From Nitrospinaceae bacterium (GTDB lineage Bacteria > Nitrospinota > Nitrospinia > Nitrospinales > Nitrospinaceae), in the NCBI GenBank assembly GCA_965223665.1, contig OZ245011.1, positions 2,240,001-2,304,000 of the forward strand: a DNA stretch of 64,000 nt. Direction: 5' to 3'. The position numbers and the translations under genes were made by a program. The notes below the pieces were generated by a model that ran no database searches, was not told the DNA's origin, and saw only the letters and a list, made by a program, of their open reading frames with translations. Shown one piece after another: positions 46,918 to 57,732 of this stretch (within the stretch, counting starts at the first letter, position 1; every line of letters begins with the position of its first letter).

Positions 46918-49900
46918 GCTGGCTGTAACTTTGGCCCGCCACCTACAAACAGAAATTATCAGTGCGGATTCTATCCAGGTTTACAAACACTTTGACATAG
47001 GAACCGCAAAGCCATCTCAAAAATTGCGCCAAACAATCCCCCATCATTTAATGGACATTCTAAATCCAGATGAAGATTTTACTTCGTTTCAATTTAAGCA
47101 ATTAGCATTACAACAAATACGAAACTTGCAGGCAGCAGGAAAACCTCCTATCCTAGTTGGTGGAACGGGATTATATATAAAAACATTAGTAGAAGGTTTC
47201 GAATGCGCAGTTGAGGTTTCTTTAGAAACCAGCAAACTTATAAAACAAAAAATAAAAAATGCAGGTTGCCAAGATGCTTACAATGAATTAAAAAATATCG
47301 ATCCTGAATATGCCAAAAAAATTAGCTCCCAGGATTCTCAGCGAATAGAAAGAGCATTAGCGGTTTTCTATTCAACTGGAAAAAAATTTTCGGAATTTCA
47401 CGCTGAAAATCAAAAGCAAAATCCAGATCTCGATTTTTTTTATTTTGTTTTGGAGCTTGAGCGTAACGACTTATACAATAGAATTAATTGCCGTGTAAAC
47501 GATATGATTCAAAAAGGTTTCCAAAAAGAAGTTGAGAAATTACTTAACCAAGGTTGGAATAAACAGTTAAAACCTTTCCAAAGCATAGGTTATTCTCAAA
47601 TGATTTCTTATCTCAATGGCAAAATCTCTTTTGAAACCGCCATTGATAAAATAAAACAAGAAACTCGACGCTATGCCAAGCGCCAAATCACCTGGTTCAA
47701 AAAGGTCCCTAATGCTATCCCCATTACCGTAACCACCGAGGATAATCCAGAGTCTTTGAAACGAAGAATCTTAAAACACCTACCCAAATTTATTTTAAAT
47801 CTTGCATTTATTTTTTTTAATTTAATTTGTCTTCAAAGCTTCGCATATTCCAGTTCAAACGACTTTAACAAGGCAGTCAACCAGTTCCATGAAAAGAAAT
47901 ACCACCACTCTTTGAAAAGTTTAAAATCTACTCTTACCGCTAAACCGGAAAAAAATCTTCTCAATCAATCGAAATTTTTATTATCAAAAATATATGTAGA
48001 AAACAATAATTTCTTGGAGGCTATTCCTCATCAAGAAGAACTATTGAACTCCTTTCCTGAGTTAGAAGATTATATTTTATTAGATTACGCTAAAACCCTA
48101 TGGAATAGCGGGAAACCCGATAAGGCTTTAAAGCAATTAGAGTTACAATTAGTCAAATTTCCTCAATCCAGATTACGACCTCAAGTAAGCTTTTTACGAG
48201 CAGAATTATTGACATCTATGGGGAAATTTAAACAAGCTCTTCAACAATATAAAAAATTAGAAAGGTTACTAAAAAAAAGATTACCTAAAAATAAATATAG
48301 AGAATCATCATTAAAAATAATTAAACAAAAAATATTTCTTTATGAAAAGCTAAACCAACCCCAAAAAGCCTATAATCTTTACCGAGAACTTTATGTAAAC
48401 TATCCTAATGATAAAACATCTAATCTTGTTTTTAAAAAACTCCAAAAATCTGCAAATAACACGCCCTCCCCAGCTTCACCATTAACAGTAAAAGAACAAT
48501 CTTTAAGAATTCGAAAATTATTAAATGCCACGCAATTTCAAAAAGCCTTAAAAGAAATTAAGACTTTTAAAAAAAAATCTAAAGATTCTTTTTCAGCAAA
48601 ATTATATTTTTATTTAGCCAATGCTTACCAAGGCAAACGAAATCGAGCGAAAGCAAATCGTGTGTTTTTGGAGTATTTAAAAAAATTTCCACGTCACAAA
48701 CGAGTTCCTGAGGCTAACTATCGCATTGGGAAAAACCTATGGAATTTAGGAAACCCAAAAGAGGCTATAAAATATTTCGAAAAAACAATTCAACTTTCTA
48801 AACGGAGAGGTTGGAAATCAGCTTCATATTTTGTTTTAGGGCGGATATATGAAGATTTAAAAGATTATCCAAATTCAATTAAGAATTACCAAATAGTTGC
48901 GAAAAATTATCCAAAAGGGAAATACGGTGAAAGAGCCGCCTGGCGAATTGGTTGGGTTTATTTTAAATCGGGCAATCTTAAAAAAGCATACAATCAATTT
49001 AAAAACAATACCAAGAAACACTCTAAGGGTTCCTTAATTGATAAAAATTTATTTTGGATGGGTAAAGTTTCAGAAAAATTAAAAAAGAACAAACAATCTG
49101 AAAAAATTTATAGAAAGCTTTTTAAAAACTATCCATTTACATACTACGGATTTCAAGCAAAGGATAAAATTAACGCATCAATTATCAAATTGAAAAAATA
49201 TAATTCAAGCTCCTCTTTAATAAGAAAGGCTTCTTTTGAACAACAACAAAGGACCAAAAATATTTTAGGTCGATCCTTATCAAAAAGAGAAAATTTTCAC
49301 TTTTCAAGAGCAGTGCATTTGATCCAACTAGGCTTTTATTCATTTGCAACTTTAGAACTCCAAGCTTTAGGTAAAACTATTCGGAAAGATTTCAATGGAG
49401 TACTCTGGTTATCTTATTGGTTCAACCAGGCTCATGCTTATAAAGATTCTTTTAGAGTTTTACAACTTTACAAGAATTACAAAACTAAAGCTTACGAAAA
49501 AAACCTTCCCTTAGAATTTTGGGTCAATTTTTATCCACCTGCTTTTTCCCAAACCATCGACTCATTTTCTAAAAAATATAAAGTCGATCCTCTCTTGGTT
49601 AAAGGTTTGATTCGCCAGGAAAGTCTTTACAACACTTATTCTCTTTCACCTGCAGGAGCAAGAGGATTAATGCAAATAATGCCCAAAACGGGACGCCGTA
49701 TTTTTCGCCAAATTTATTCATCGAAAAACTTTGACGTTGAATCCTTATTTCAACCAGAAATAAATATTGAACTAGGGATCCACTATTTAAGTAAATTAAA
49801 CCAAAAACATAAAAACAATAAAAATTACATCCTCATCAACTACAACGCTGGGCCAAAAGTATTAAGAGCTTGGAAGAGACGCTTCCGCCATCTTAAAGAT

Positions 49901-50035
49901 GTGGATGTATTTATAGAATCCATTCCTTACACAGAAACAAGGAACTATATAAAAAAAGTTATTAGAAACCTAAGGACTTACAAATTTCTTGAAACTTTGG
50001 AATCCGCCACCAATTCCTCCACGAAGTCTTTTTAA
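46868..50035 (+). CDS. miaA: tRNA dimethylallyltransferase fused in frame to TM/signal segment, TPR solenoid and soluble lytic transglycosylase domain
   Basis: GPTASGKS, DSIQVY, VGGTGLY, TRRYAKRQITWF; then IRQES, GARGLMQIMP, YNAGP, ETRNY. Confidence 0.9.
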   Translation: MHPLIILAGPTASGKSELAVTLARHLQTEIISADSIQVYKHFDIGTAKPSQKLRQTIPHHLMDILNPDEDFTSFQFKQLALQQIRNLQAAGKPPILVGGTGLYIKTLVEGFECAVEVSLETSKLIKQKIKNAGCQDAYNELKNIDPEYAKKISSQDSQRIERALAVFYSTGKKFSEFHAENQKQNPDLDFFYFVLELERNDLYNRINCRVNDMIQKGFQKEVEKLLNQGWNKQLKPFQSIGYSQMISYLNGKISFETAIDKIKQETRRYAKRQITWFKKVPNAIPITVTTEDNPESLKRRILKHLPKFILNLAFIFFNLICLQSFAYSSSNDFNKAVNQFHEKKYHHSLKSLKSTLTAKPEKNLLNQSKFLLSKIYVENNNFLEAIPHQEELLNSFPELEDYILLDYAKTLWNSGKPDKALKQLELQLVKFPQSRLRPQVSFLRAELLTSMGKFKQALQQYKKLERLLKKRLPKNKYRESSLKIIKQKIFLYEKLNQPQKAYNLYRELYVNYPNDKTSNLVFKKLQKSANNTPSPASPLTVKEQSLRIRKLLNATQFQKALKEIKTFKKKSKDSFSAKLYFYLANAYQGKRNRAKANRVFLEYLKKFPRHKRVPEANYRIGKNLWNLGNPKEAIKYFEKTIQLSKRRGWKSASYFVLGRIYEDLKDYPNSIKNYQIVAKNYPKGKYGERAAWRIGWVYFKSGNLKKAYNQFKNNTKKHSKGSLIDKNLFWMGKVSEKLKKNKQSEKIYRKLFKNYPFTYYGFQAKDKINASIIKLKKYNSSSSLIRKASFEQQQRTKNILGRSLSKRENFHFSRAVHLIQLGFYSFATLELQALGKTIRKDFNGVLWLSYWFNQAHAYKDSFRVLQLYKNYKTKAYEKNLPLEFWVNFYPPAFSQTIDSFSKKYKVDPLLVKGLIRQESLYNTYSLSPAGARGLMQIMPKTGRRIFRQIYSSKNFDVESLFQPEINIELGIHYLSKLNQKHKNNKNYILINYNAGPKVLRAWKRRFRHLKDVDVFIESIPYTETRNYIKKVIRNLRTYKFLETLESATNSSTKSF

Positions 50036-50204
50036 ATTGCTTGCTCCCTAAAAAATCCGATATTTTTATTTTATTTCAAAAAAATCCCATTAAAAACCTA
50101 TAAAAAACTGATTATAAGGAAATTTTCTTCAACTTTTTCTAATTAATCTTATAGAATAAAGAAAAATTTTCGTGCCTATGTAGGTGGCACAGGGATAAAG
50201 CAGG

Positions 50205-50792
50205 GTGAATGATAATCCAAAAAATTCTGTAAAATTAGATTCTGAATTATGGGTGGAGCGTTATGGGGATCCCATGTTTCGGTTTACTCTCGCCCGGGTA
50301 AAAGACCCTGTTACCGCAGAAGAAATTGTTCAGGTAGCATTAGTTGCCGCCTTACAATCCCAAAAATCTTTTGCGGGGAAATCTTCCGAAAAAAGTTGGC
50401 TGTTTGGGATATTAAAACATAAAATACTTGATCATTTCCGTTCATTAAAAAACCAACGCACCTTTGATTTGACTTCGGAAGATGATACGGATCCTTATGA
50501 TATTGCGTATGATGCGTCGGGTCATTGGATCACTCCTCCAAAAGATTGGGATACCGACCCGGAAAAAGCATTGGAAAACCAACAACTATTAGAAGCACTA
50601 ACTGATTGTTTATCCCATCTTTCAGATAAATACCGGAATGTATTTGTTTTAAAGGAAATGGAGGGGTTAGATTCTGAAGAAATATGTAAGGAATATGATA
50701 TTCAACCGACCAATCTTTGGGTAATTCTTCATAGAGCTCGAAATCAACTTCGGCTATGTCTGGAAAATAAAAATTGGTCAGGTAAAAAATAA
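50205..50792 (+). CDS. ECF sigma-70 factor
   Basis: SWLFGILKHKILD, VFVLKEMEG, NLWVILHRARNQLRLCL. Confidence 0.9.
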   Translation: MNDNPKNSVKLDSELWVERYGDPMFRFTLARVKDPVTAEEIVQVALVAALQSQKSFAGKSSEKSWLFGILKHKILDHFRSLKNQRTFDLTSEDDTDPYDIAYDASGHWITPPKDWDTDPEKALENQQLLEALTDCLSHLSDKYRNVFVLKEMEGLDSEEICKEYDIQPTNLWVILHRARNQLRLCLENKNWSGKK

Positions 50793-50814
50793 AATGGATG
50801 GAATCTTTTAACAT

Positions 50815-51090
50815 ATGAACTGGTTGACTGGATTATTTAAAATAACTTGTAAAGACACATCGCCTCTGATTTCTGAAATGATGGATCATTCTCTACCCCT
50901 GGGTCGTAAGTTGAGGGTAAGAGTTCATTTGGGAATGTGCAAAGTCTGTCAAATTTATCAAAAACAGTTAAAATTATTGAGAACTTTAGCTAAAAAAATT
51001 TCAGAGGAGGATAATCCTTCCTATTCCAAAGTAAGTCTGACCGAAGAATGCAAGGAGAGAATGAAAGAGGCATTAAAAAATAACCGATAA
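50815..51090 (+). CDS. zf-HC2 anti-sigma factor
   Basis: C...HLGMCKVC; directly follows ECF sigma. Confidence 0.85.
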   Translation: MNWLTGLFKITCKDTSPLISEMMDHSLPLGRKLRVRVHLGMCKVCQIYQKQLKLLRTLAKKISEEDNPSYSKVSLTEECKERMKEALKNNR

Positions 51091-51121
51091 TTCAGTTTCC
51101 CATTTTGAAAGGAACTAAGTA

Positions 51122-52102
51122 ATGAACGATAGTCGAATGACTAAATCTCCAAAAGATTCAAACCAGGTGTCCCGTGATAACGTAAGGGATTTTTATTCTA
51201 AAGCTGCAGTTTCTACCCAAGAAAGTTTATGTTGCCCAGTTAACTATGATCCTACAGATTTATCTCACATTCCAAAAGAGGTAATGGAAATCTCTTATGG
51301 ATGCGGTAGTCCGGTCAATCGGGCAAACTTGTCTTCAGGAGAATCTTTGGTTGACTTAGGATCTGGAGGAGGAATTGACTGCTTTATTGCTGCAAAAATT
51401 GTAGGGCAAAATGGACAAGTCACTGGAATTGATATGACGGAAAAAATGCTCCAAGTCGCACAAAAAAATTCAGAACAGGTAAGTAAAAACTTAGGATATA
51501 ACAATCTTGAATTTAAGCACGGTTTTCTTGAATCAATTCCAATGGAAAACGAATCGGTAGATGTTGTAACTTCTAATTGTGTTGTCAATCTGTCTACGGA
51601 TAAAAAAGAAGTTTTTTCAGAAATTCACCGGATTTTAAAACCCGGCGGTCGTTTCGTGATTGCAGACATTATTTCCGATCAAGTCGTACCCGAGGAAATG
51701 AAAAATAATAAAGAATTATGGGGCGAATGTATTTCGGGGGCATTGACTCTGGAAGAATTTTTAAGTTTTGCTAAAAATTCAAACTTTCATGGTTTCACTG
51801 TTTTCAAAGATTATTTATGGAAAAAAGTGGAAGGCTTAAAATTTTACTCTTATATAATCACAGGTTTCAAACCCCTGGTCCTTGAAGAGTTATCTTGTTG
51901 CGCGCCCGACTTATTAGCTATTTATTCGGGTCCTTTTCCTTCAGTTAATGTTCAGGGTACTGATTTTGCCACCGGTGCTTCTGTAACTGTTGATCAAAAT
52001 TTAGCTAAGGTGCTAGGGTCTCCCCCTTATAAAGGAATGTTTAATATAATTGATCCTGAAAGTGAATCAATCAAAGAGGCTGATGATTCCTGCTGTGGGT
52101 AG
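51122..52102 (+). CDS. Arsenite methyltransferase-like SAM-dependent methyltransferase
   Basis: LCCP, SYGCGSP, DLGSGGGIDC, SNCVVNL, WGECISGAL, C-terminal CCG. Confidence 0.8.
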   Translation: MNDSRMTKSPKDSNQVSRDNVRDFYSKAAVSTQESLCCPVNYDPTDLSHIPKEVMEISYGCGSPVNRANLSSGESLVDLGSGGGIDCFIAAKIVGQNGQVTGIDMTEKMLQVAQKNSEQVSKNLGYNNLEFKHGFLESIPMENESVDVVTSNCVVNLSTDKKEVFSEIHRILKPGGRFVIADIISDQVVPEEMKNNKELWGECISGALTLEEFLSFAKNSNFHGFTVFKDYLWKKVEGLKFYSYIITGFKPLVLEELSCCAPDLLAIYSGPFPSVNVQGTDFATGASVTVDQNLAKVLGSPPYKGMFNIIDPESESIKEADDSCCG

Positions 52103-52293
52103 TTTATAAAAAGGATTGCTGAATACTAAAAAAATAATCTGAATAAACACGCTTTTTTCCAGAATAATATTTTCATTCTTTATTTTTTCCTTCATCTCAA
52201 AAATCTAAAAATTTATCAATTGGATTTTCTACTATTTGGCCGTTAAACTAAATTGATAAACCCAAAATTTTTCTGATTTGGAGGAATTCCCCA

Positions 52294-52566
52294 ATGACTT
52301 ATAAAAGTTTAGTAAAAAAAGAAAAAATCAATGCAATTATTCGCACTGAAGGTGAAAAGATTGAAGGGAGTGTGCATATAATACCCGAAACTCGCCTTTT
52401 GGACCTTTTAAACAGTGAAAGAGAGCAATTTATTCCTGTTAAAGAAGCAAAAGTTTATAGTGAAACATCAGGAAAATTACTTTACGAATCGGAATTTATC
52501 GCCGTCAACAAAAACCATGTTATTGTAATTATCGAAGGCCAACCATCTGAACCAGCACTGGTATAA
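52294..52566 (+). CDS. Conserved small beta-barrel hypothetical protein
   Basis: GGAGG RBS; IEGSVHI..RLLDLLN..FIPV..FIAVNKNHV. Confidence 0.75.
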   Translation: MTYKSLVKKEKINAIIRTEGEKIEGSVHIIPETRLLDLLNSEREQFIPVKEAKVYSETSGKLLYESEFIAVNKNHVIVIIEGQPSEPALV

Positions 52567-52584
52567 GAATTAACCAAAATTTTT

Positions 52585-53328
52585 TTATCGATTTACAGCT
52601 TCATGGTCCACATACCATTCTAATTTTTCCGAATTAATTTTTGCGGCAGGTAAATGTTTTCCTTCCTCCGAGCCATTTAAAACCTTATTTAAGGTTTTTG
52701 ATTTATCTTTACCTGTGACCAGAAATGAAATTCGTCGGGCGCGGTTAATAGTATCCAACGTAAGTGTAATGCGTCTTTGACTTGTCTGAGGATGTTCTGT
52801 CAAACCGCAAATGTTTAAGGGATCTGAAGTGATTCTTCCCTCAGGGAAAATTGAAGCCGTATGACCATCGGCTCCCATTCCTAATAAAACCCAATTAAAC
52901 TCAATCTTACCTTGATTAAAAGCCTTAAAAAATTTCTGAATTTCATTTGCATATCTCACAACCTCTTTTTCGGGAGTTTCTTCACCTCGAATTCGATGGA
53001 TATTTTCCTTGGGTAGTGGCAAATATTTTAAAAACTTATCCCAAGCATTTTTATAATTGCTTTCATGATTATCTGGGGGAACGCATCTTTCATCACACCA
53101 AAAAATGTGGACTGATTGCCACGGAATACTACCACTTATTTTTGGCTTTGAAATTTCCTGGAACATTTTCTGCGGAGTAGATCCCCCGGACAACGCAATC
53201 GAAAACTTATCACTAACTCCTAAATTCTTTGTGAGTTTAACCCATTCTAATGCAACTTGCCTGGCCAAAGCAGATTTATCGGGAAATATGTACAAATTTT
53301 TAGACCTAAAGTTCACAGAACAAACCAT
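52585..53328 (-). CDS. pgl: 6-phosphogluconolactonase
   Basis: ALSGGSTP, DERCVP, LGMGADGHTASIFP, RITLT. Confidence 0.93.
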   Translation of the reverse strand: MVCSVNFRSKNLYIFPDKSALARQVALEWVKLTKNLGVSDKFSIALSGGSTPQKMFQEISKPKISGSIPWQSVHIFWCDERCVPPDNHESNYKNAWDKFLKYLPLPKENIHRIRGEETPEKEVVRYANEIQKFFKAFNQGKIEFNWVLLGMGADGHTASIFPEGRITSDPLNICGLTEHPQTSQRRITLTLDTINRARRISFLVTGKDKSKTLNKVLNGSEEGKHLPAAKINSEKLEWYVDHEAVNR

Positions 53329-54865
53329 CTTCTATTAAATTTTTACATGGATAATGCCAATCCGTTCCCAGCTCATCAAATAATTTACTCGTTTGACGTG
53401 GACCCCATGTCCCGGCAGGATAACCATAAATAGTATCATCCGGATTTTCCTTCCATTCCTTTAAAATGGGATCCAGAAACTGCCAGCAAGCTTCAACCGC
53501 ATCTCCTCTAGCAAATAACGTTGAATCTCCCAACATACTATCCAACAATAATCGTTCATAGGCTTCAGGAACTGCTGAATCACTTAACTCAGAATAATGG
53601 AAATCCATATTCACTTTTTGTACTTGAAAACCCGCACCCGGAAGTTTCATTCCAAAATTGAGTAAAATTCCTTCATCGGGTTGAATGCGAAGAATAAGTT
53701 GGTTTGGCTCCGTGGAATGCTTATCTTTTAATTGAAATAAGCGATGTGGAGTTTTCTTAAAATGTATGACGACTTCCGTTACCCGCGTGGGAAGACGTTT
53801 TCCGGTACGGATATAAAAAGGTACTCCGCCCCATCGCCAATTATCAACAAATATTTTCAAAGCAACGAAAGTTTCTGTTCTAGAAAATGGTGGCACATGC
53901 TCCTCATCTCGATACCCCGGAATAATATTTTCCTGAACCATTGATTTGGTATATTGACCACGAACCACAAAGTCATTTACTTCATTCCTCTGAATTTCTC
54001 GCAAAGACTGCAGGACCTTCACAGTCTCATTTCGCACCGCAAAGGATTCAAATGAGGAAGGTGGCTCCATTGCAATAACAGATAGTAATTGCAAAAGATG
54101 ATTCTGAACCATATCTCTTAAAGCCCCTGCCCCATCATAATATTTTCCACGTTTTTCTACACCCACCGTTTCCGCAGCGGTAATTTCAATATGACTAATA
54201 TAATTTCGATTCCATAGTGGTTCAAATATCCCATTGGAAAATCGAAATACAATTATATTCTGAACCGTTTCTTTTCCAAGGTAATGATCAATTCTATAAA
54301 TTTGCGGCTCTCTAAATACTTTAAACAACTGTTTATTTAAAGACATTGCAGATTCCAAATCATAACCAAATGGTTTTTCTACAATAACCCTCTTACAGGC
54401 CGAATCTTTCCTGTTTTCTTTTTGAAGACCATGGGCTCCCAGGTTTTGAACAATCACTTCATACATACTAGGAGCAATTGACAAATAATAAATATAGTTT
54501 CCATTTATTTGATACTGTCGATCCAATTTCAAAAGCTTGTTTTTTAGCTTTTTATAATCATTCGAATTACTCGTATCGATTGCCAAGTAGTACAAATGCT
54601 TGGCAAATTTTTTATAATCTGAGTTTTTTGTGTCTTTCTTCTTCCAAATATCTTCAAGGCCCTTCACCATTTTATTTCTAAAAACTGAATCTGACATTTT
54701 TGAGCGGCTTACACCTAACACAGCAAAGCCCTCCGGGAGAAATCCTTTCCGATACAAATCATACAATGCCGGCACAAGCTTTCTCTGAGTTAGATCTCCT
54801 GAGGCCCCAAATATTACAAGTATCTGATTTTCTGGACATTCCATAATGCTTTTATTTTTATTCAT
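53306..54865 (-). CDS. zwf: Glucose-6-phosphate 1-dehydrogenase
   Basis: GASGDL, EKPFG, RIDHYLGKETVQN, RTGKRL. Confidence 0.97.
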   Translation of the reverse strand: MNKNKSIMECPENQILVIFGASGDLTQRKLVPALYDLYRKGFLPEGFAVLGVSRSKMSDSVFRNKMVKGLEDIWKKKDTKNSDYKKFAKHLYYLAIDTSNSNDYKKLKNKLLKLDRQYQINGNYIYYLSIAPSMYEVIVQNLGAHGLQKENRKDSACKRVIVEKPFGYDLESAMSLNKQLFKVFREPQIYRIDHYLGKETVQNIIVFRFSNGIFEPLWNRNYISHIEITAAETVGVEKRGKYYDGAGALRDMVQNHLLQLLSVIAMEPPSSFESFAVRNETVKVLQSLREIQRNEVNDFVVRGQYTKSMVQENIIPGYRDEEHVPPFSRTETFVALKIFVDNWRWGGVPFYIRTGKRLPTRVTEVVIHFKKTPHRLFQLKDKHSTEPNQLILRIQPDEGILLNFGMKLPGAGFQVQKVNMDFHYSELSDSAVPEAYERLLLDSMLGDSTLFARGDAVEACWQFLDPILKEWKENPDDTIYGYPAGTWGPRQTSKLFDELGTDWHYPCKNLIEDGLFCEL

Positions 54866-54914
54866 AATATTTTTAATGAATGAGATTTAGTCTAGGCAAA
54901 AAAAAATATTAAAC

Positions 54915-55811
54915 TTACTTACTTTTTACCGCGTGGCCTCCAAACTGTTGTCTTAATGCGGCCAATAATTTCATTGCAAATGACTCTTCTTGTCGTGATT
55001 GGAATCGAGAGAATAATGACATGGTAATCACAGGAACCGGCGTATCGAAATCAATAGCAGACTGAATAGTCCATCTTCCTTCTCCACTATCTTGCACATA
55101 ATCTTTAACCTCATTTAAGTTCGAGTCTTTTGCTAAAGCATTTTCTGCAAGCTCAAGTAACCAGGAACGAACAACACTTCCATGTTGCCAAACCTGGCTA
55201 ACAGCATGCAGATCAATATCAAAAGAGGAATTTTTCATTAATTCAAAACCTTCTGCATAAGCTTGCATCATCCCATACTCTATTCCATTGTGAACCATTT
55301 TCACAAAGTGTCCGGCTCCACTTGGACCAGCGTATAAATATCCATTTGAAGGGGCAAGGGTAGAAAAAACAGGCTCTAAAAACTTACAGGAATTTTCTTC
55401 TCCACCTACCATCAAACAATACCCGTTTTTTAATCCCCAAACCCCACCACTGGTTCCACAATCCACATATTGAATTCCATGAGACTGGAGGAGCTTTGAA
55501 CGCTCCTGGGTTTCTCTCCAATAAGAATTTCCTCCATCAACAATAATGTCATCTTTTTTTAAAAGAGGAATTAAGGCCTTTATCGTCTCCTCAACCGGTG
55601 GACCTGCAGGCACCATTATCCAAAGAACTTTTTTTTCTGGGAGCTTTTCAACAAGGTCTTCCAATGAGCTTGCCGCTTCCGCACCTTTACTTGAAGAAGA
55701 ATTAACCGCTTCCAAAGAACGATCATATGCTACCACTTGATGATTTCCTTGGAGCAAACGTTCCACCATATTTCCACCCATCTTACCCAATCCTATAAAC
55801 CCGATTTTCAT
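54915..55811 (-). CDS. gnd: 6-phosphogluconate dehydrogenase (short decarboxylating type)
   Basis: GLGKMG, DGGNS, GHFVKMVHNGIEYG, DSGEGRWT, FGGH. Confidence 0.95.
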   Translation of the reverse strand: MKIGFIGLGKMGGNMVERLLQGNHQVVAYDRSLEAVNSSSSKGAEAASSLEDLVEKLPEKKVLWIMVPAGPPVEETIKALIPLLKKDDIIVDGGNSYWRETQERSKLLQSHGIQYVDCGTSGGVWGLKNGYCLMVGGEENSCKFLEPVFSTLAPSNGYLYAGPSGAGHFVKMVHNGIEYGMMQAYAEGFELMKNSSFDIDLHAVSQVWQHGSVVRSWLLELAENALAKDSNLNEVKDYVQDSGEGRWTIQSAIDFDTPVPVITMSLFSRFQSRQEESFAMKLLAALRQQFGGHAVKSK

Positions 55812-56046
55812 AAATTCTCCTTAGATTTTGGTTTGGATCTTACAGAATTACCTCTAGTTATTATAACTCTTCTTCCTGAAGGTTCTATAACTCACTGCAC
55901 TTCCTTCCAAGATAAAGCCATAACATTCCTCTAATTAAAGTTTTCCGAAAGAAATAAAAGCAAGACATTTTTGATCAACTATGTTAAAAATTTCTTTCAA
56001 AAATTTAAATCAAAATTGATTTTTTAAACATTTTTAAAAATCTGTT

Positions 56047-56967
56047 ATGGATTACCCCCGGGCCTCAGGACAAATTTTTACAGAAGACAATCGGACCAAT
56101 TTGTTTTATCTAAACGAGCTGTATCAAAAAATAGCAGGTTATGTTTCCAACAAAATGACCTCTCTTCATGGAATACCATTAAATATCACCTCCGGAATTT
56201 GGGGCGGAACTTATTTAATTGCAGATAATCGAGGAAAATCTCGGAGACGACTTTGGAGACTTTATTGCCTGGTAAACCTTCCCCAGGGTACTCTTTTGGA
56301 TAAGCATTCAAATTTGGAAAAATTTGTTGAAGTTTATTATAAAACGCTTCAGTTCAGCTTTGAACCATATGGATTAAAATTAAAACTAAAAAATTGGGGC
56401 GGAAGATTACCCTACACTAATAAAATTCGTCCAAATATAACAATGCACTTTGAAGACGAAAACGAAAAAGTCCGATGGCTTCGACCCATAGTAGTTTGGA
56501 ACGAATCTTCTTGGGAACAATCCATTATTTATGATTCTATCCGTTTGGTAAAAGAATTAAAAGTAAACTTGAACTATGAAAAAGGCCTCACTCTTACTGA
56601 TCCTGGAGAAATAAAATATATGCTGCAGGATGTAATTATTACATACGAAACTTTGAAGGCAGCGCATTCACCCGATTTTATTGAGCATGCTCAACCTATA
56701 ATCGATGAAATGACAGAGGCATTTTTGAAAGGACTTTTTGAAGACGACGAGATCAATGAGTGGTACAAAAAAGTTTTAGAAAATGCGCTAGTATATGGAT
56801 ATGAACAAACTCTTAATTCTTTTTACTCTAAACATGGTCTTGATGTAAAAAAGGTAGAATATTGGCCTGTTCAAAAGATAAACTTTGCCCCTGAAGAATT
56901 AAATGCCCGTTTGATTCCACCCATTCAAAAAATATTTTCCACCTTTAAAGAAAACTTGAATCATTAA
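56047..56967 (+). CDS. Hypothetical protein
   Basis: 306-aa ORF with host-like composition; no motif recognised. Confidence 0.75.
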   Translation: MDYPRASGQIFTEDNRTNLFYLNELYQKIAGYVSNKMTSLHGIPLNITSGIWGGTYLIADNRGKSRRRLWRLYCLVNLPQGTLLDKHSNLEKFVEVYYKTLQFSFEPYGLKLKLKNWGGRLPYTNKIRPNITMHFEDENEKVRWLRPIVVWNESSWEQSIIYDSIRLVKELKVNLNYEKGLTLTDPGEIKYMLQDVIITYETLKAAHSPDFIEHAQPIIDEMTEAFLKGLFEDDEINEWYKKVLENALVYGYEQTLNSFYSKHGLDVKKVEYWPVQKINFAPEELNARLIPPIQKIFSTFKENLNH

Positions 56968-56987
56968 AAATTTTTCTTTCAATTAAT

Positions 56988-57695
56988 TTATTTTACAGGT
57001 ACTTCAATGGATTTTTCGTCGCTCGCTTTTTTATTTTTAAATTTGTTATAGAGAGTCGGGATTAAAGCGAATAACCCCAGTAATGCAAAAGCCCCTAAAA
57101 CACCAGGTGATGCAATATCGCTTAAAGAATTAATTGAAGCCAAGTTACTGCCAGCATTTGCATAAACAAAAGTTCCAGGTAAAGTACCAAACATTGTTCC
57201 CAGAAAATAAATGGGAAGTCGTATTTTCGTCAGACCAGATACTAAGTTCACAAGAAAAAACGGGAACAATGGAACCAATCTTAAAAACAACATATAGTTT
57301 ATCGCATTATTTGAAAACCCATCGTTAAAAGGTTTAAGTTTTTCTCCGAATTTTTTTTCCACCCAATCTCTTAATAAAAATCGGGCTGCCAAAAATGCTA
57401 GAGTTGCTCCAACAGTGGCACCCACATTCACTACCAAAGTCCCAGTTAATGAACCGAAAATTGCACCTGCAGCCAATGTTAATATGGTAGCTCCAGGCAA
57501 GGAGAGAGCTACCGTAATGATATATATACCTATGAAAATAAAAATCATTTTCCAGGTATTCTCTGCATAAAATTGATTTAGACTATCTCTATTACTTTTT
57601 AAACTTTCCAGAGAAAGATATTGTCCCAAATCAAAGTAAAAAAATAATCCAACCGCAACACCGATTATCCCTAATAATATAATTTTCTTATTCAT
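56988..57695 (-). CDS. TVP38/TMEM64 (DedA family) membrane protein
   Basis: SLPGATILTLAAGAIFG, LRLVPLFPFFLVN. Confidence 0.92.
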   Translation of the reverse strand: MNKKIILLGIIGVAVGLFFYFDLGQYLSLESLKSNRDSLNQFYAENTWKMIFIFIGIYIITVALSLPGATILTLAAGAIFGSLTGTLVVNVGATVGATLAFLAARFLLRDWVEKKFGEKLKPFNDGFSNNAINYMLFLRLVPLFPFFLVNLVSGLTKIRLPIYFLGTMFGTLPGTFVYANAGSNLASINSLSDIASPGVLGAFALLGLFALIPTLYNKFKNKKASDEKSIEVPVK

Positions 57696-57732
57696 AAAAT
57701 TTTCAAACTTAAATTAGTGGATTCAAATTATT

